From a virus (taxonomy: Duplodnaviria > Caudoviricetes): a DNA stretch of 64,000 nt. Location of the stretch: the IMG/VR virus record IMGVR_UViG_3300009183_000045; one strand, written 5' to 3'. The translations under genes and the position numbers were made by a program. The notes beneath the pieces were generated by a model. That model was given only the letters and a program-made list of their open reading frames with translations. It had not been told where the DNA came from and did not search any database. Shown in pieces: positions 25,887 to 35,433 of the stretch. Within the stretch, counting starts at the first letter, position 1; every line of letters begins with the position of its first letter.

Positions 25887-26075
25887 ATGCCATATAAAAT
25901 AAAAAAAAGTGGAGTGGGTTTCAAGGTTTGTAAAAAAACTGGCAAAAAATGTTTTAGTAAAAAGCCAATGCCAAAGAAAAGAGCAAAGGCTCAATTGGCT
26001 GCCATTCAAATTCATTCTAAAGAGTCTACAAATTACTTTGAGCGTCTTATAGAATCTTATCTAAATGAAATCTAA
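25887..26075 (+). CDS. Small basic protein
   Basis: MPYKIKKSG...AKAQLAAI; full TATAAATA at 25874-25881. Confidence 0.75.
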   Translation: MPYKIKKSGVGFKVCKKTGKKCFSKKPMPKKRAKAQLAAIQIHSKESTNYFERLIESYLNEI

Positions 26076-26241
26076 ATTGCCATATAAAAACGGAATAGTT
26101 AGTACCAAGACTCATCCAGAATTAAAATTTGGTCAAGCGGTTATGATTGTAGATTCAACTCCAGATTTATATACTGTAAAAATACATGCAAATAGCTTAG
26201 CCACTATTATAGCCAAAGAAGACTTAATGGTTACTCATTAA
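26065..26241 (+). CDS. 58-aa hypothetical protein, not in track
   Basis: Read manually (MKSKLPYKNGIVSTKTHPELKFGQ...); fills the gap. Confidence 0.55.
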   Translation: MKSKLPYKNGIVSTKTHPELKFGQAVMIVDSTPDLYTVKIHANSLATIIAKEDLMVTH

Positions 26242-26250
26242 ATATTACAC

Positions 26251-26607
26251 ATGATAACTAAAATTAAAGATGTACTTCAAGGCAAGGCTCCTATTTCTGT
26301 TTCTAGGTCTCCTCATTGGTCCACCACCAGAAAAAAACATTTAGAATATCAAAGTAAATGTATAGTTTGTGAAGGGACTGAAAAATTAAATGTCCATCAT
26401 ATTAAACCATTTCATCTTCATCCAGAATTAGAATTAGAACCCTCTAATCTAGTAACTTTGTGTGAATCGGAACATCACGGAGTAAATTGTCATTTATTAT
26501 TTGGCCACTTGGGCAATTTTAGAAACATTAACCCTAACGTAATATTAGACACCGCTGAATGGAATGGAAGACTCAAAGAAGATCATACAAAAATAGTTGA
26601 ATCTTAA
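26251..26607 (+). CDS. Small HNH endonuclease
   Basis: CIVC...VHHIKP...NLVTLC...CHLLFGH. Confidence 0.85.
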   Translation: MITKIKDVLQGKAPISVSRSPHWSTTRKKHLEYQSKCIVCEGTEKLNVHHIKPFHLHPELELEPSNLVTLCESEHHGVNCHLLFGHLGNFRNINPNVILDTAEWNGRLKEDHTKIVES

Positions 26608-26629
26608 TTTTTTTTATCCATAATAGAAT

Positions 26630-27151
26630 ATGGATAAAAATATAACATGTCTTATTAATCAAACTGATATTCGCAATGTTATTAGAGGGTTAGGGACCAC
26701 TATTTCATATGATTATCGAAATAAAGATTTAAATGTGGTCTGTTTATTGGAAGGCAGTTTGGTTTTTACAGCAAATCTTCTTTTGCAGATAAAAATTCCA
26801 GTCAACCTCTTTTCTATTAAAGTTTCCAGCTATGAAGGAAAGAACAGCACCGGTAAATTAACTTACAACGTAAAGGACTTAGACTTTTGCAAGGATAAAG
26901 ATATTCTTTTAATAGATGATATTCTTGATTCTGGATTAACTCTTTCAACTGTAGTATCTGAAATGAAACAAGCTGGGGCGAGTTCTGTAAGAACCTGTGT
27001 CCTTTTAAACAAACAAGTAGATCGAATGGTAAACATTATACCAGATTATAAAGCATTTGATATAGATAATGAATTCGTAATTGGATATGGCATGGATTGT
27101 AACGGATTACATCGCAATTTACCTTATATAGGGGTGTTAAAGGATAAATAA
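26630..27151 (+). CDS. hpt: Hypoxanthine phosphoribosyltransferase
   Basis: ILLIDDILDSGLTL PRPP loop; LEGSLVFTANL; FVIGYGMD..GLHRNLPYIG. Confidence 0.92.
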   Translation: MDKNITCLINQTDIRNVIRGLGTTISYDYRNKDLNVVCLLEGSLVFTANLLLQIKIPVNLFSIKVSSYEGKNSTGKLTYNVKDLDFCKDKDILLIDDILDSGLTLSTVVSEMKQAGASSVRTCVLLNKQVDRMVNIIPDYKAFDIDNEFVIGYGMDCNGLHRNLPYIGVLKDK

Positions 27152-27155
27152 AAAT

Positions 27156-27479
27156 ATGAAGTTTGATAAATTAGTAAAAAAAATGATGTCTGAGTCTTTC
27201 GGGTCTAGACCCGGCCGTGGTCCCGGCATGGGATATGGTTCCAATCCAGAAGATGACGCAGATCTTCGTCGAGCATTTGGGAGGACACCAGATGCCTCTA
27301 ATAACCTTTCTTGGAAAGAAAAGGAACAAACTGTGGGTGAGGGTGAAACTTGGGATATTACAGATACAAACACCGGAAAGATAGTTCATTCTGCTGCCGC
27401 TAAAGAAGATGCTCTCTCCTGGGCCAGAAGCCAGCCAAAAGGCCAACATTTTTCCATTCGCAGAGTGAGACAAAGTTAA
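27156..27479 (+). CDS. Late hypothetical protein with virion-type leader
   Basis: MKFDKLVKKMMSES; TAAATA 27145-27150. Confidence 0.7.
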   Translation: MKFDKLVKKMMSESFGSRPGRGPGMGYGSNPEDDADLRRAFGRTPDASNNLSWKEKEQTVGEGETWDITDTNTGKIVHSAAAKEDALSWARSQPKGQHFSIRRVRQS

Positions 27480-27528
27480 TTTTTTAGTTCCCTTCCCTTA
27501 AACATCTAGTATCATACACAAAGATGTT

Positions 27529-28119
27529 ATGTATAGAAAAATTCTGCAAAGAGAAGTTGTCTTAGTCCTTAATAAAAGTTGGCAGGCAATAAATGTCAAA
27601 ACTCCATTAGATGCCATATCTATGATGTTTTGTGATGCAGCCACTGGTCTGTATATAACTGGGGAAGACAACATGAATCCTTTAAAATGGAATGAATGGG
27701 TAGAACTACCCTTTTTTACAAAAGAGGAATATGTATACTCTGTAAGAGGACCCATTTTAATACCCAAGGTAATTATCTTATCAAAATTTAATGAAGTTCC
27801 TAGAAAGCGGCCTAAATTTACTACCAAAAATCTTTGGGACAGAGATGAAGGAAGGTGTCAATATACTGGAAAAAAATTAACTCCTAATGAGGGTAATATA
27901 GATCATGTTATTCCTAAGTCGCGAGGAGGAAAGACTGATTGGTCTAATTGTGTGTTGACTCATAAAGACATCAACGCAAAAAAAGGAGATAGAACTCCTA
28001 CAGAGGCTGGTCTAAAACTAATTAGACCTATTAAAGTTCCTAAGACAATGCCCTCTACTTGTTATATTCGTAATCAGTATAATATCAAAGAATGGACACC
28101 GTTTCTTATCAGCGCATAA
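27529..28119 (+). CDS. HNH endonuclease (McrA-like)
   Basis: RDEGRCQYTG...NIDHVIPKSRGGKTDWSNCV...INAKKG. Confidence 0.9.
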   Translation: MYRKILQREVVLVLNKSWQAINVKTPLDAISMMFCDAATGLYITGEDNMNPLKWNEWVELPFFTKEEYVYSVRGPILIPKVIILSKFNEVPRKRPKFTTKNLWDRDEGRCQYTGKKLTPNEGNIDHVIPKSRGGKTDWSNCVLTHKDINAKKGDRTPTEAGLKLIRPIKVPKTMPSTCYIRNQYNIKEWTPFLISA

Positions 28120-28523
28120 ATTGGGACGAGTATGCCTTGCGCATGGCCGAAGTTGCTTCAATGCGAAGTGAAGACCCTTATAAAAAGGTTGGAGCATGTG
28201 CTCTGGATGAAAATCATAGAGTCATTGGAGTTGCCTATAACGGATTAGCGTCTGGTGTAAATGTAGACCCCTCTTTTTGGTCTGATAGAGATACCAGAAG
28301 AAAATACATGATTCACGCAGAAGCAAATTTACTATCTTTATTTGAACGCAATAAGTGTAAATTACTAGCATGTACCCTCCTTCCGTGTCAAAGTTGTGCT
28401 ACATTAATAGCTGCTCACGGTATTACTCGGGTGGTTTATAAAGAAATGTATTTCAGAGACCCGAATGCATTAGATATTTTTAAATTTTACAACATTGAGT
28501 GTGTAAATATATCATATGAATAA
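28092..28523 (+). CDS. dCMP deaminase
   Basis: HAEAN and PCQSC motifs; RSEDP..KVGAC..AYNG. Confidence 0.92.
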   Translation: MDTVSYQRINWDEYALRMAEVASMRSEDPYKKVGACALDENHRVIGVAYNGLASGVNVDPSFWSDRDTRRKYMIHAEANLLSLFERNKCKLLACTLLPCQSCATLIAAHGITRVVYKEMYFRDPNALDIFKFYNIECVNISYE

Positions 28524-28698
28524 GTTTGATATATGTGTCAGCAGAATATTAGAAGCTGCAAAATTAGATTTTACTAAAGATGATGTCAACAAAGACGGCA
28601 AAGTTGACAAAACAGATGGATATCTCAAAAAGAAAAATGCTGCCATAGCAGCCTCCTTGGCTAAAAAATCTGATAAAAAAGGGTCCTCTAAAAAATAA
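28516..28698 (+). CDS. Small late protein with DxNxDG Ca-binding-like loop
   Basis: DVNKDGKVDKTD; TAAATA upstream. Confidence 0.65.
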   Translation: MNKFDICVSRILEAAKLDFTKDDVNKDGKVDKTDGYLKKKNAAIAASLAKKSDKKGSSKK

Positions 28699-28706
28699 GT
28701 ATTGGG

Positions 28707-29150
28707 ATGAACTCCCAATTTATATCTGAAAAATTTGGTCAATGGGCAGAGACGTTTGCTAGATTTTTCGGTACCCCTATATTTATTATAGGTCAAACAA
28801 TTTTAGTTTTTCTTTGGATATGGATCAATTGTTTTGATAAAATAACATTTGATCCATATCCATTTATACTTTTAAATCTAGCATTTAGTACTCAGGCCGC
28901 CTATGCTGCACCTTTAATTTTATTGGCCCAGAGTAGACAGACAGACAGGGACAAAATATGGGCAGAGGCGGATGCTAAACATCGAGAAGAAGTGAGCCAA
29001 TCTTTAATCAAGAGACAAAAAAATGCCATGGAAGCAGATAAAAGAGTGATGGCATTAATGGAAGAACTTGCCAATCACAATCTTTTATTACTAGATATAT
29101 CTCAACGAGTGGAAGTGTTAACAAAAGAGATACACTCCAAGTTACATTAA
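28707..29150 (+). CDS. DUF1003-like membrane protein
   Basis: FDPYPFILLNLAFSTQAAYAAPLILLAQSRQ signature. Confidence 0.85.
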   Translation: MNSQFISEKFGQWAETFARFFGTPIFIIGQTILVFLWIWINCFDKITFDPYPFILLNLAFSTQAAYAAPLILLAQSRQTDRDKIWAEADAKHREEVSQSLIKRQKNAMEADKRVMALMEELANHNLLLLDISQRVEVLTKEIHSKLH

Positions 29151-30208
29151 AGTTCCATTCCTTTAAATTGGGCCATATCAACTTGAGTGTCTCTGGCACC
29201 TATCTTATAAGAGGAGATCTCTGTTTCTTGAGGAGCAACCTGAACTTTATCAGAGTTCATAAATTGATCATACCACGTTCCTAATGGATTCTTTTTAGTC
29301 TCAAAAATTTTCTTATATCCTAAAGAGGTTAAACGATTATTAGCCAACCATTCTACATATCCCTTTAAGATATCTGCATTAAGCCCAAGAAGACTACCCT
29401 TTGAAAAGAGATAATCAGCCCAACGCTTTTCGTGTTTAACTGCCATAGTGTATGCATCATACACTTTTTGTTCACTGGCCTTGATTATATCCTGAAACCC
29501 CTCATCTTCATTGTCCCTCAAATAATCTAATACATTTTTAGAAATTGCGACATGAAGATTTTCATCTCTCGCGATGAGCTTGATAATCTTTCCATTACCT
29601 TCCATTTTTCCACGAGCGGCGAAGAAAAAAGAACACACAAAAGAGCTATAAAAAGACAGACCTTCTGTGATCTGTGTTGATAACAAGGCATCAAATATTT
29701 TTTGTTTAATATCTCCGTCTGAGTTAAAGAATTTATCATAATCATTTTTAATTTCATCAGCTCTTCGTGTTACTTCTTCATCTTCTAGAATAGAATTCCA
29801 GAAAACGGATTCATCTGAATAAACATTTTTAAGAATGTGAGAATAAGACCGAGAATGAATGTTAGATTCAAAAAAAGTCCAGGCATTCATACAAGCTTCT
29901 AATTCAGGATTAGTTACATACTGAGTAAGAATTTGTAAACTTCTAGACAACATAGAGTCTGTAGCTGTCTGCCATTTGAGATTGGTATCAAAAACAAATC
30001 GCTCAGCATCTGATAATTCTAGATAATCATTTCTGTCTTTCATCAGACTAACCTCTTTGGCTCTCCAGAAATATTCCTCCATCTGTTCGGCCAGATCATA
30101 TAATTTTGGATATTTAAGTTGGTCGTATCGTTGAAGGGATAAGGGTTCACCTAAGAAAAGGGGCTGAGAGCGTGTGTCAATGTTTTTAGTTGAAAGTACC
30201 GTTTGCAT
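29147..30208 (-). CDS. nrdB: Ribonucleotide reductase class Ia beta subunit
   Basis: ESNIHSRSY (radical Tyr), EGLSFY, IARDENLH, VAPQETEISSY. Confidence 0.96.
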   Translation of the reverse strand: MQTVLSTKNIDTRSQPLFLGEPLSLQRYDQLKYPKLYDLAEQMEEYFWRAKEVSLMKDRNDYLELSDAERFVFDTNLKWQTATDSMLSRSLQILTQYVTNPELEACMNAWTFFESNIHSRSYSHILKNVYSDESVFWNSILEDEEVTRRADEIKNDYDKFFNSDGDIKQKIFDALLSTQITEGLSFYSSFVCSFFFAARGKMEGNGKIIKLIARDENLHVAISKNVLDYLRDNEDEGFQDIIKASEQKVYDAYTMAVKHEKRWADYLFSKGSLLGLNADILKGYVEWLANNRLTSLGYKKIFETKKNPLGTWYDQFMNSDKVQVAPQETEISSYKIGARDTQVDMAQFKGMEL

Positions 30209-30222
30209 TTTGTTTTTATGTT

Positions 30223-31272
30223 CTATATGCTACAGGCTCCGCTGGCACATCCTTCATCTGTAGCTGATTGTTTATCGCCGTCATATGTGTTGCTGTAATA
30301 CAGCGTCTTAACTCCCATGCTGTATGCATATAATAATTCTTTTATAAGCATTGAATCCGGAAGAGCCTTGTTAGGATAATGGTCATAATTGTAATAAAGG
30401 TTTGTAGAAATTGACATATCTACCCACTTCTGTAAGGCAGCAACAATATTAATATATCCTATGTTATCCTGCATGTCAAATTGAAGAGTATATTTATTTT
30501 TACAAGTGGAATAATTTGGAACCAGAACCGGAACAGAATTGGCTTTAGACCCTTTGTATGTCAACAAAGAGCGGGGCGGTTCAATGCCGTTTGTAGTGTT
30601 TTGAATGACTGAACTAGATTCACACGGCATAAGAGCTGTCAGTGTAGAATGTCTCATGCCAGTCGATACCACCCTTTGACGCAAAGCCTCCCAATCTAGA
30701 GAAGGTTTTCTTGTAATTATGCTATCAATTTTCTTCTTGTAAGTGTCTATAGGAAGAATGCCTTTGGAATATTTTGTGCTTTCAAATTTTTCACACACAC
30801 CTTTTTCTGCTGCCAGATTAACGGAAGAAGAAATAAGATTATATTGTATTTTTTCCATCAAAGCGTCTACAAAATTAGGAGCTTCCTTGTCAGTGTACTT
30901 AAGATTGTTTTTGGCTAACAAAGCCGCTAGGTTGGTGATACCAACTCCAAGACTTCTACGTTTCTTTGTAAAGTTCTCTGCTGCTTTGGTGAAGTAATCT
31001 TGATAATCAATTAATTCATCCAACATGCGAACAATGATATCGCAAGTATCAGCCAAATCTTGATCATCCTTAATTTCTAGCACGTTGATGGCTGAGAGAA
31101 CACATATACCAATCTCTCCTTCAGGGTCATCAATATGCTGTAGAGGTTTTGTGGGATGTGTCACTTCTACGCAGTTATGCACTAGTATTTTATTAGCAAA
31201 GAAGTTTTGTGTGTGCTGAACAGTAATATCATACACAGGTACATTTTTTTTAATTTTTTTAATTTTTAACAT
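30223..31272 (-). CDS. nrdA: RNR alpha C-terminal half, preceded by 33-aa C-intein
   Basis: MLKIKK...VYDITV...NFFANKILVHN then CVEVTHPT (catalytic Cys), ICVLSAIN, GIEP, C-terminal CASGACSI. Confidence 0.93.
   Translation of the reverse strand: MLKIKKIKKNVPVYDITVQHTQNFFANKILVHNCVEVTHPTKPLQHIDDPEGEIGICVLSAINVLEIKDDQDLADTCDIIVRMLDELIDYQDYFTKAAENFTKKRRSLGVGITNLAALLAKNNLKYTDKEAPNFVDALMEKIQYNLISSSVNLAAEKGVCEKFESTKYSKGILPIDTYKKKIDSIITRKPSLDWEALRQRVVSTGMRHSTLTALMPCESSSVIQNTTNGIEPPRSLLTYKGSKANSVPVLVPNYSTCKNKYTLQFDMQDNIGYINIVAALQKWVDMSISTNLYYNYDHYPNKALPDSMLIKELLYAYSMGVKTLYYSNTYDGDKQSATDEGCASGACSI
31174..31272 (-). mobile_element. Split intein, C-terminal part (33 aa, blocks F/G)
   Basis: VYDITV (F) and ILVHN|C (G, +1 Cys). 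Confidence 0.93.
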
Positions 31273-31276
31273 AATC

Positions 31277-32119
31277 TTATTTATTTTTAATGCGTCTTGA
31301 ATAGTAAGGGTCGTATTTCAGCCCAGTCGCTTCTTTTACGGCTTTTATAAAACCTAGCTGCCCGGCACGGTTAAACCGGCACGCGCAAGCCACCATCCAT
31401 ACAAAGTTTCTCTCTTTAGATAAAATATACATCTCTTGCCAATTAATAATTCGGTTAAATTCTTTAGATAATTCTATACCCTTTTCAATAAAATAGCTAT
31501 CATTTAAACCGCAAGAGTTTGAATTTTTAATACCTTTAGAACGCTCTTTTAGCTTTATTCTTTCTTTTAAGCTAGCTTTTCTGCCTTTTGAGTGATGTAC
31601 CCACTCGCCGCTTTTTATTTTGGGGTGAGTGGTTTCTACAGAACCGATAATAATGCCGGTAGTAGCATCTTTTACCACCACTGTACCTTTTCTCGCTTCT
31701 GATATTCGTTGACGACCTTCTGGGGTTTGCCATCCGGTAGTTTCTCTCACTGTTGCAGACTGATGTTTTAACCAGGCGTACCCCATACGGAGAGATTTAG
31801 TGAGGCTGTACACTGGCTTACATGTTTTATTTTTATTATATCCATTTAAACAGAATCTTACTGCAAGTATGTCGTTTCTAATATTAAATATTTTCCATCG
31901 AAGCATATGAATAAAAATATGCTCTTCTGGTAGTAGTGTAACAAGATTATTAATCATATCTGTTCCTTCAAGAGATCTTGGAATTATGTGATGTACTTCA
32001 ACATATATGTGATTATTTTTAAGTCTTAAGTCTTTTAGATTTCTTTGCTCAAGCCTAAATCTTGGAGTTGTTTGTCTGCAATAATTAATTAATTTGTCGT
32101 GTATATTTTTGTAATTCAT
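31277..32119 (-). CDS. Free-standing HNH homing endonuclease between nrdA halves
   Basis: EVHHIIPRS...NNLVTLLPEEHIFIH; NUMOD-like basic repeats (RISEARKG). Confidence 0.85.
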   Translation of the reverse strand: MNYKNIHDKLINYCRQTTPRFRLEQRNLKDLRLKNNHIYVEVHHIIPRSLEGTDMINNLVTLLPEEHIFIHMLRWKIFNIRNDILAVRFCLNGYNKNKTCKPVYSLTKSLRMGYAWLKHQSATVRETTGWQTPEGRQRISEARKGTVVVKDATTGIIIGSVETTHPKIKSGEWVHHSKGRKASLKERIKLKERSKGIKNSNSCGLNDSYFIEKGIELSKEFNRIINWQEMYILSKERNFVWMVACACRFNRAGQLGFIKAVKEATGLKYDPYYSRRIKNK

Positions 32120-32160
32120 AATCTCGTTACATAATTACTTATGCTCTGAGGTCATGGATA

Positions 32161-33789
32161 TTAAGCGTCTAATACAAGAATATCTGTTACAAGCAGATCT
32201 TTTGCTTCCACATACCCTCGATTGTGAGTGTAAATCTTATGTTCTGGAGTGCATTGAATTGTATAACCGGTAGTTTCATCTTCAATTTCAATTAACTCTT
32301 CAGATACACCGGTCTGTGCAAACGCACTAATTAATGAGACTGCATTAGTATCTGCTGCAATATCATATGATCTAATATGTACTGTACCTTCTTGCATATA
32401 TTTTTCAAGATCTTTAATTTGAATTGTCAGGTCACCGTATATCGCGGTGCTGATATCAATTAAGGTTTCTCCAACTAAACACAGATTAGTCATAGATACT
32501 CTCTCCAAAAAGGATCCGTGTTCATTGCAATGATCAATATTCATCACATATAGGCGACCAGTTTCAGTACGTTCCTTTACAAATTGAGACATCAAAGAAC
32601 TGGCCTTCACTTTTCTCTTATAACGAATATTTTTATCTGATTCATATTTTTCATACAATTCATCAAAATGAGGAAGACCAAACGCTTCTGTCAAATCTGG
32701 TACTTCATGTGAGGAAAACAAAGTGATTGATTCATTTTTCATGAAGCGTTCATAAAAGATCTTGGAAAATTGTATCACATAATCAACTTTACGAACTCGA
32801 TTGTCTTCTGTTCCTCCGTTGTTTTTAAGAGATAAAACATCTTCTATTTCATAGTGCCAGAACGGAAAATTTACAGTAGCGCCGCCGCCACGAATTCCGT
32901 TTTGTTGACAACTTTTGACGGTGGCTTCAAATACCTTGAGAAAAGGAATTACTCCAGTGTGAATAACGCTGCCATTTTTAATTTCAGTGCCGATACCGCG
33001 AATCCTTCCAAAATTTAATCCGATTCCGTATCGCTGAGTAGTAGCAAAGCCAGCAGCAGTATTGGAACTAAAAATAGACTCCTTAGTATCATCCACATCA
33101 ATGAGGCAACACGACGCATACTGTTTAAGCAAACCGCGGATACCCGCCATTTGGGGTGTGGGTAAATTGATTTTAAATTTACTAAATCGGTCGTAGGCTC
33201 TTTTAACATATTGTAATCGGTTTTCTGGTGGATATTTCATGTAGCTCACCATGGCTGCCATCATATAGGCAAACTGGGGTGTTTCGTAAATTTCTTTGCT
33301 CTTACGATTTTGAATCAAATATTTATCACACAATTGTTTGAGGCCTGAATATGTAAAGTCATAATCTCTGTTATGAACTATCTTTTCATCTAATTTATCT
33401 ATTTCCGCCTTGGTATAGTGTTGAAGAATCTCCGGGTGATATATTTTTCTTTCAACATTGGCTTCTATAAAATCATAAAATTTCGGGGGATTTTTTCCTC
33501 CCCACACATCTTTACGCAATTGATAACTTAATAACCGAGAAGCTACCCATTGATAATTGGGATTTTCTTCATTAAAAAGATTAATAGCAGATTCTACTAA
33601 CACTTTATGGATTTCTTTAGTAGAGATACCATCTACAAGGTTTAATTTGGTATTAATTTCAATGTCTGAAATACTAACACCGGTTATTTCTTGAGTTGCC
33701 CATATAATAACTTTGTTGATGTTGTCTACATTAAAAGGAACCAAGGTACCATCTCTTTTTCTGACTTTGAGGATATTATTTTCACTCAT
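32161..33789 (-). CDS. nrdA: RNR alpha N-terminal half (ATP cone) ending in 106-aa N-intein
   Basis: VRKRDG ATP cone, LPTPQMAG, ASCCLI, QNGIRGG, SMTNL then CLVGET...CTPEHKIYT...EAKDL, stop. Confidence 0.95.
   Translation of the reverse strand: MSENNILKVRKRDGTLVPFNVDNINKVIIWATQEITGVSISDIEINTKLNLVDGISTKEIHKVLVESAINLFNEENPNYQWVASRLLSYQLRKDVWGGKNPPKFYDFIEANVERKIYHPEILQHYTKAEIDKLDEKIVHNRDYDFTYSGLKQLCDKYLIQNRKSKEIYETPQFAYMMAAMVSYMKYPPENRLQYVKRAYDRFSKFKINLPTPQMAGIRGLLKQYASCCLIDVDDTKESIFSSNTAAGFATTQRYGIGLNFGRIRGIGTEIKNGSVIHTGVIPFLKVFEATVKSCQQNGIRGGGATVNFPFWHYEIEDVLSLKNNGGTEDNRVRKVDYVIQFSKIFYERFMKNESITLFSSHEVPDLTEAFGLPHFDELYEKYESDKNIRYKRKVKASSLMSQFVKERTETGRLYVMNIDHCNEHGSFLERVSMTNLCLVGETLIDISTAIYGDLTIQIKDLEKYMQEGTVHIRSYDIAADTNAVSLISAFAQTGVSEELIEIEDETTGYTIQCTPEHKIYTHNRGYVEAKDLLVTDILVLDA
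32164..32481 (-). mobile_element. Split intein, N-terminal part (106 aa, blocks A/B)
   Basis: C1 CLVGETLI; block B TPEH; ends at stop without F/G blocks. Confidence 0.93.
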
Positions 33790-33831
33790 AAAATTATTGT
33801 TTGTTGTTTATTTAGACGGATCAAAGTCCAT

Positions 33832-34200
33832 TCACTTCTTCTTTCTTTTTTTAGATTTTGGTGCAGTTTCTGGGATAAGTTTTTGTACTTCTCTTTTATA
33901 TATTTTGTCGGCTAAATGTTTTAAAAATTCAGCAACTTCAAAAGAGGAACAAACGTTGATGATCCTAGATTCTGCATATTTAATGTCTGATTCCGGCCAA
34001 TCAGGATACAAGTAGTGGAGTAATTCATGAAAGGCTGTAGGAATTATATCTCTTCTATAATCTAATTCTATGTCAGTCCAGTAACAAAGACCTACAGAAT
34101 TGTTCATTTTTCTCAAATTAAAAAATTCTGGAGGTTTAGTTTTGACTAAATCTAAGGTTTTCTCGTAGAGATCTTTAACCTCTTTGTTTGTCAATTTCAT
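33832..34200 (-). CDS. Small HExxH-motif protein
   Basis: FHELLHYLYP. Confidence 0.6.
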   Translation of the reverse strand: MKLTNKEVKDLYEKTLDLVKTKPPEFFNLRKMNNSVGLCYWTDIELDYRRDIIPTAFHELLHYLYPDWPESDIKYAESRIINVCSSFEVAEFLKHLADKIYKREVQKLIPETAPKSKKRKKK

Positions 34201-34207
34201 TGAAAAA

Positions 34208-34540
34208 TTACTTTTTCTTTTTCTTGATATTGGCTTCTTTGGTTAAGACTGCCTGTGCTGCGGTTTTTTTGGCAGTCTCAAAACGACTCTCTGCAGCTTC
34301 AATAGTGTTACAAGTCCAACCCATGTTTCCCCATTGGGACCCACTAGGATATAGTTCACCGGGTTCAATGTAATTCCCATCAATGGTTATTCCATTATGA
34401 GAAGATATAATCACTACCTCAAAATGAGGATTCCTGGAGGAAGTAACTGGGTGTCTCTTATAAATTGCAACATTTTCTTCTCTCTTCAGCAGAAGGTGCT
34501 TAAATCCCTTTTTGATAAACTTTTCTGGTACGAGCTTCAT
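34208..34540 (-). CDS. Hypothetical protein
   Basis: 110 aa, YPSGSQWG..GWT motif. Confidence 0.65.
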   Translation of the reverse strand: MKLVPEKFIKKGFKHLLLKREENVAIYKRHPVTSSRNPHFEVVIISSHNGITIDGNYIEPGELYPSGSQWGNMGWTCNTIEAAESRFETAKKTAAQAVLTKEANIKKKKK

Positions 34541-34601
34541 ATAATTATTATCTATGGTTTTGGGTTTGATGTCACGAGAAAATGGTGTATCATTGTGATA
34601 T

Positions 34602-35411
34602 ATGAATTTTAAAGAGTTGGTTCTTTTGGAAAGGGGATTTGAAGATGTAATTTTTTCTGAAAAGGATCATTCTTATAAAATAAGAGGAGAAAAGGCTTAC
34701 TCTTCTGTTACTCAACTGTTAAAAAAGTATGAAAAACCTTTTGATACTAAAAAATTGTCGAAGATTGTTGCAAACCGGCAAGGGGTTCTTGAAGAAGATA
34801 TTGTACACTTGTGGGATTTTAAAAGAGATTATGCATGTTTGAAGGGTACTTTGTTCCATTTGTATGTAGAAAATTTCTTACAGAAGAAAAGGTCTCCTTT
34901 AAACAAAAATGAAATTGAAGATTTTGTTAAAAATCATAGAGAGTATATTACTACAGAGGAATTTTATAATGACATAGCCTCTTATATTTCCAATTTTAAT
35001 AATTTTTATGAATGGTGGAAAGCAGATCATATTTTAGTGAGGCCAGAGTTAGTGGTTGGAGATGTTGCTACTGGAGTTTGTGGATGTGTAGATAACCTTT
35101 CTTTGAATTGTAAAACCGGTGAATTGGTTATATTTGATTACAAGAGTAACAAAGAAATTAAACAAAAAAGCAAAGACAGACTTCTGGGTATGTTAAGTCA
35201 CTTGGAGGCCACTACATTAGTAAAATATTCACTTCAAATGGCACTTTATTCTGAAATTATAGAAAGAAATACTCCTTTTAAAATTTTTGATAATAAAATT
35301 GTTTGGGTTGGGGGTTCTTCCTATGAATTAATTTCATGTCTTGATATGAGACAAGAGGCTAAAGCTTTACTAAATCAGGTTGAATTGCAAAAAGGTGTTG
35401 ATATAAAATGA
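34602..35411 (+). CDS. PD-(D/E)xK Cas4/RecB-like exonuclease
   Basis: SVTQLL, GTLFHLY, E..V...CGCVD...IFDYKSN, YSLQMALY; TTGATG-N16-TATCAT upstream. Confidence 0.82.
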   Translation: MNFKELVLLERGFEDVIFSEKDHSYKIRGEKAYSSVTQLLKKYEKPFDTKKLSKIVANRQGVLEEDIVHLWDFKRDYACLKGTLFHLYVENFLQKKRSPLNKNEIEDFVKNHREYITTEEFYNDIASYISNFNNFYEWWKADHILVRPELVVGDVATGVCGCVDNLSLNCKTGELVIFDYKSNKEIKQKSKDRLLGMLSHLEATTLVKYSLQMALYSEIIERNTPFKIFDNKIVWVGGSSYELISCLDMRQEAKALLNQVELQKGVDIK

Positions 35412-35433
35412 CAATTCTTTAATATAAAATACT

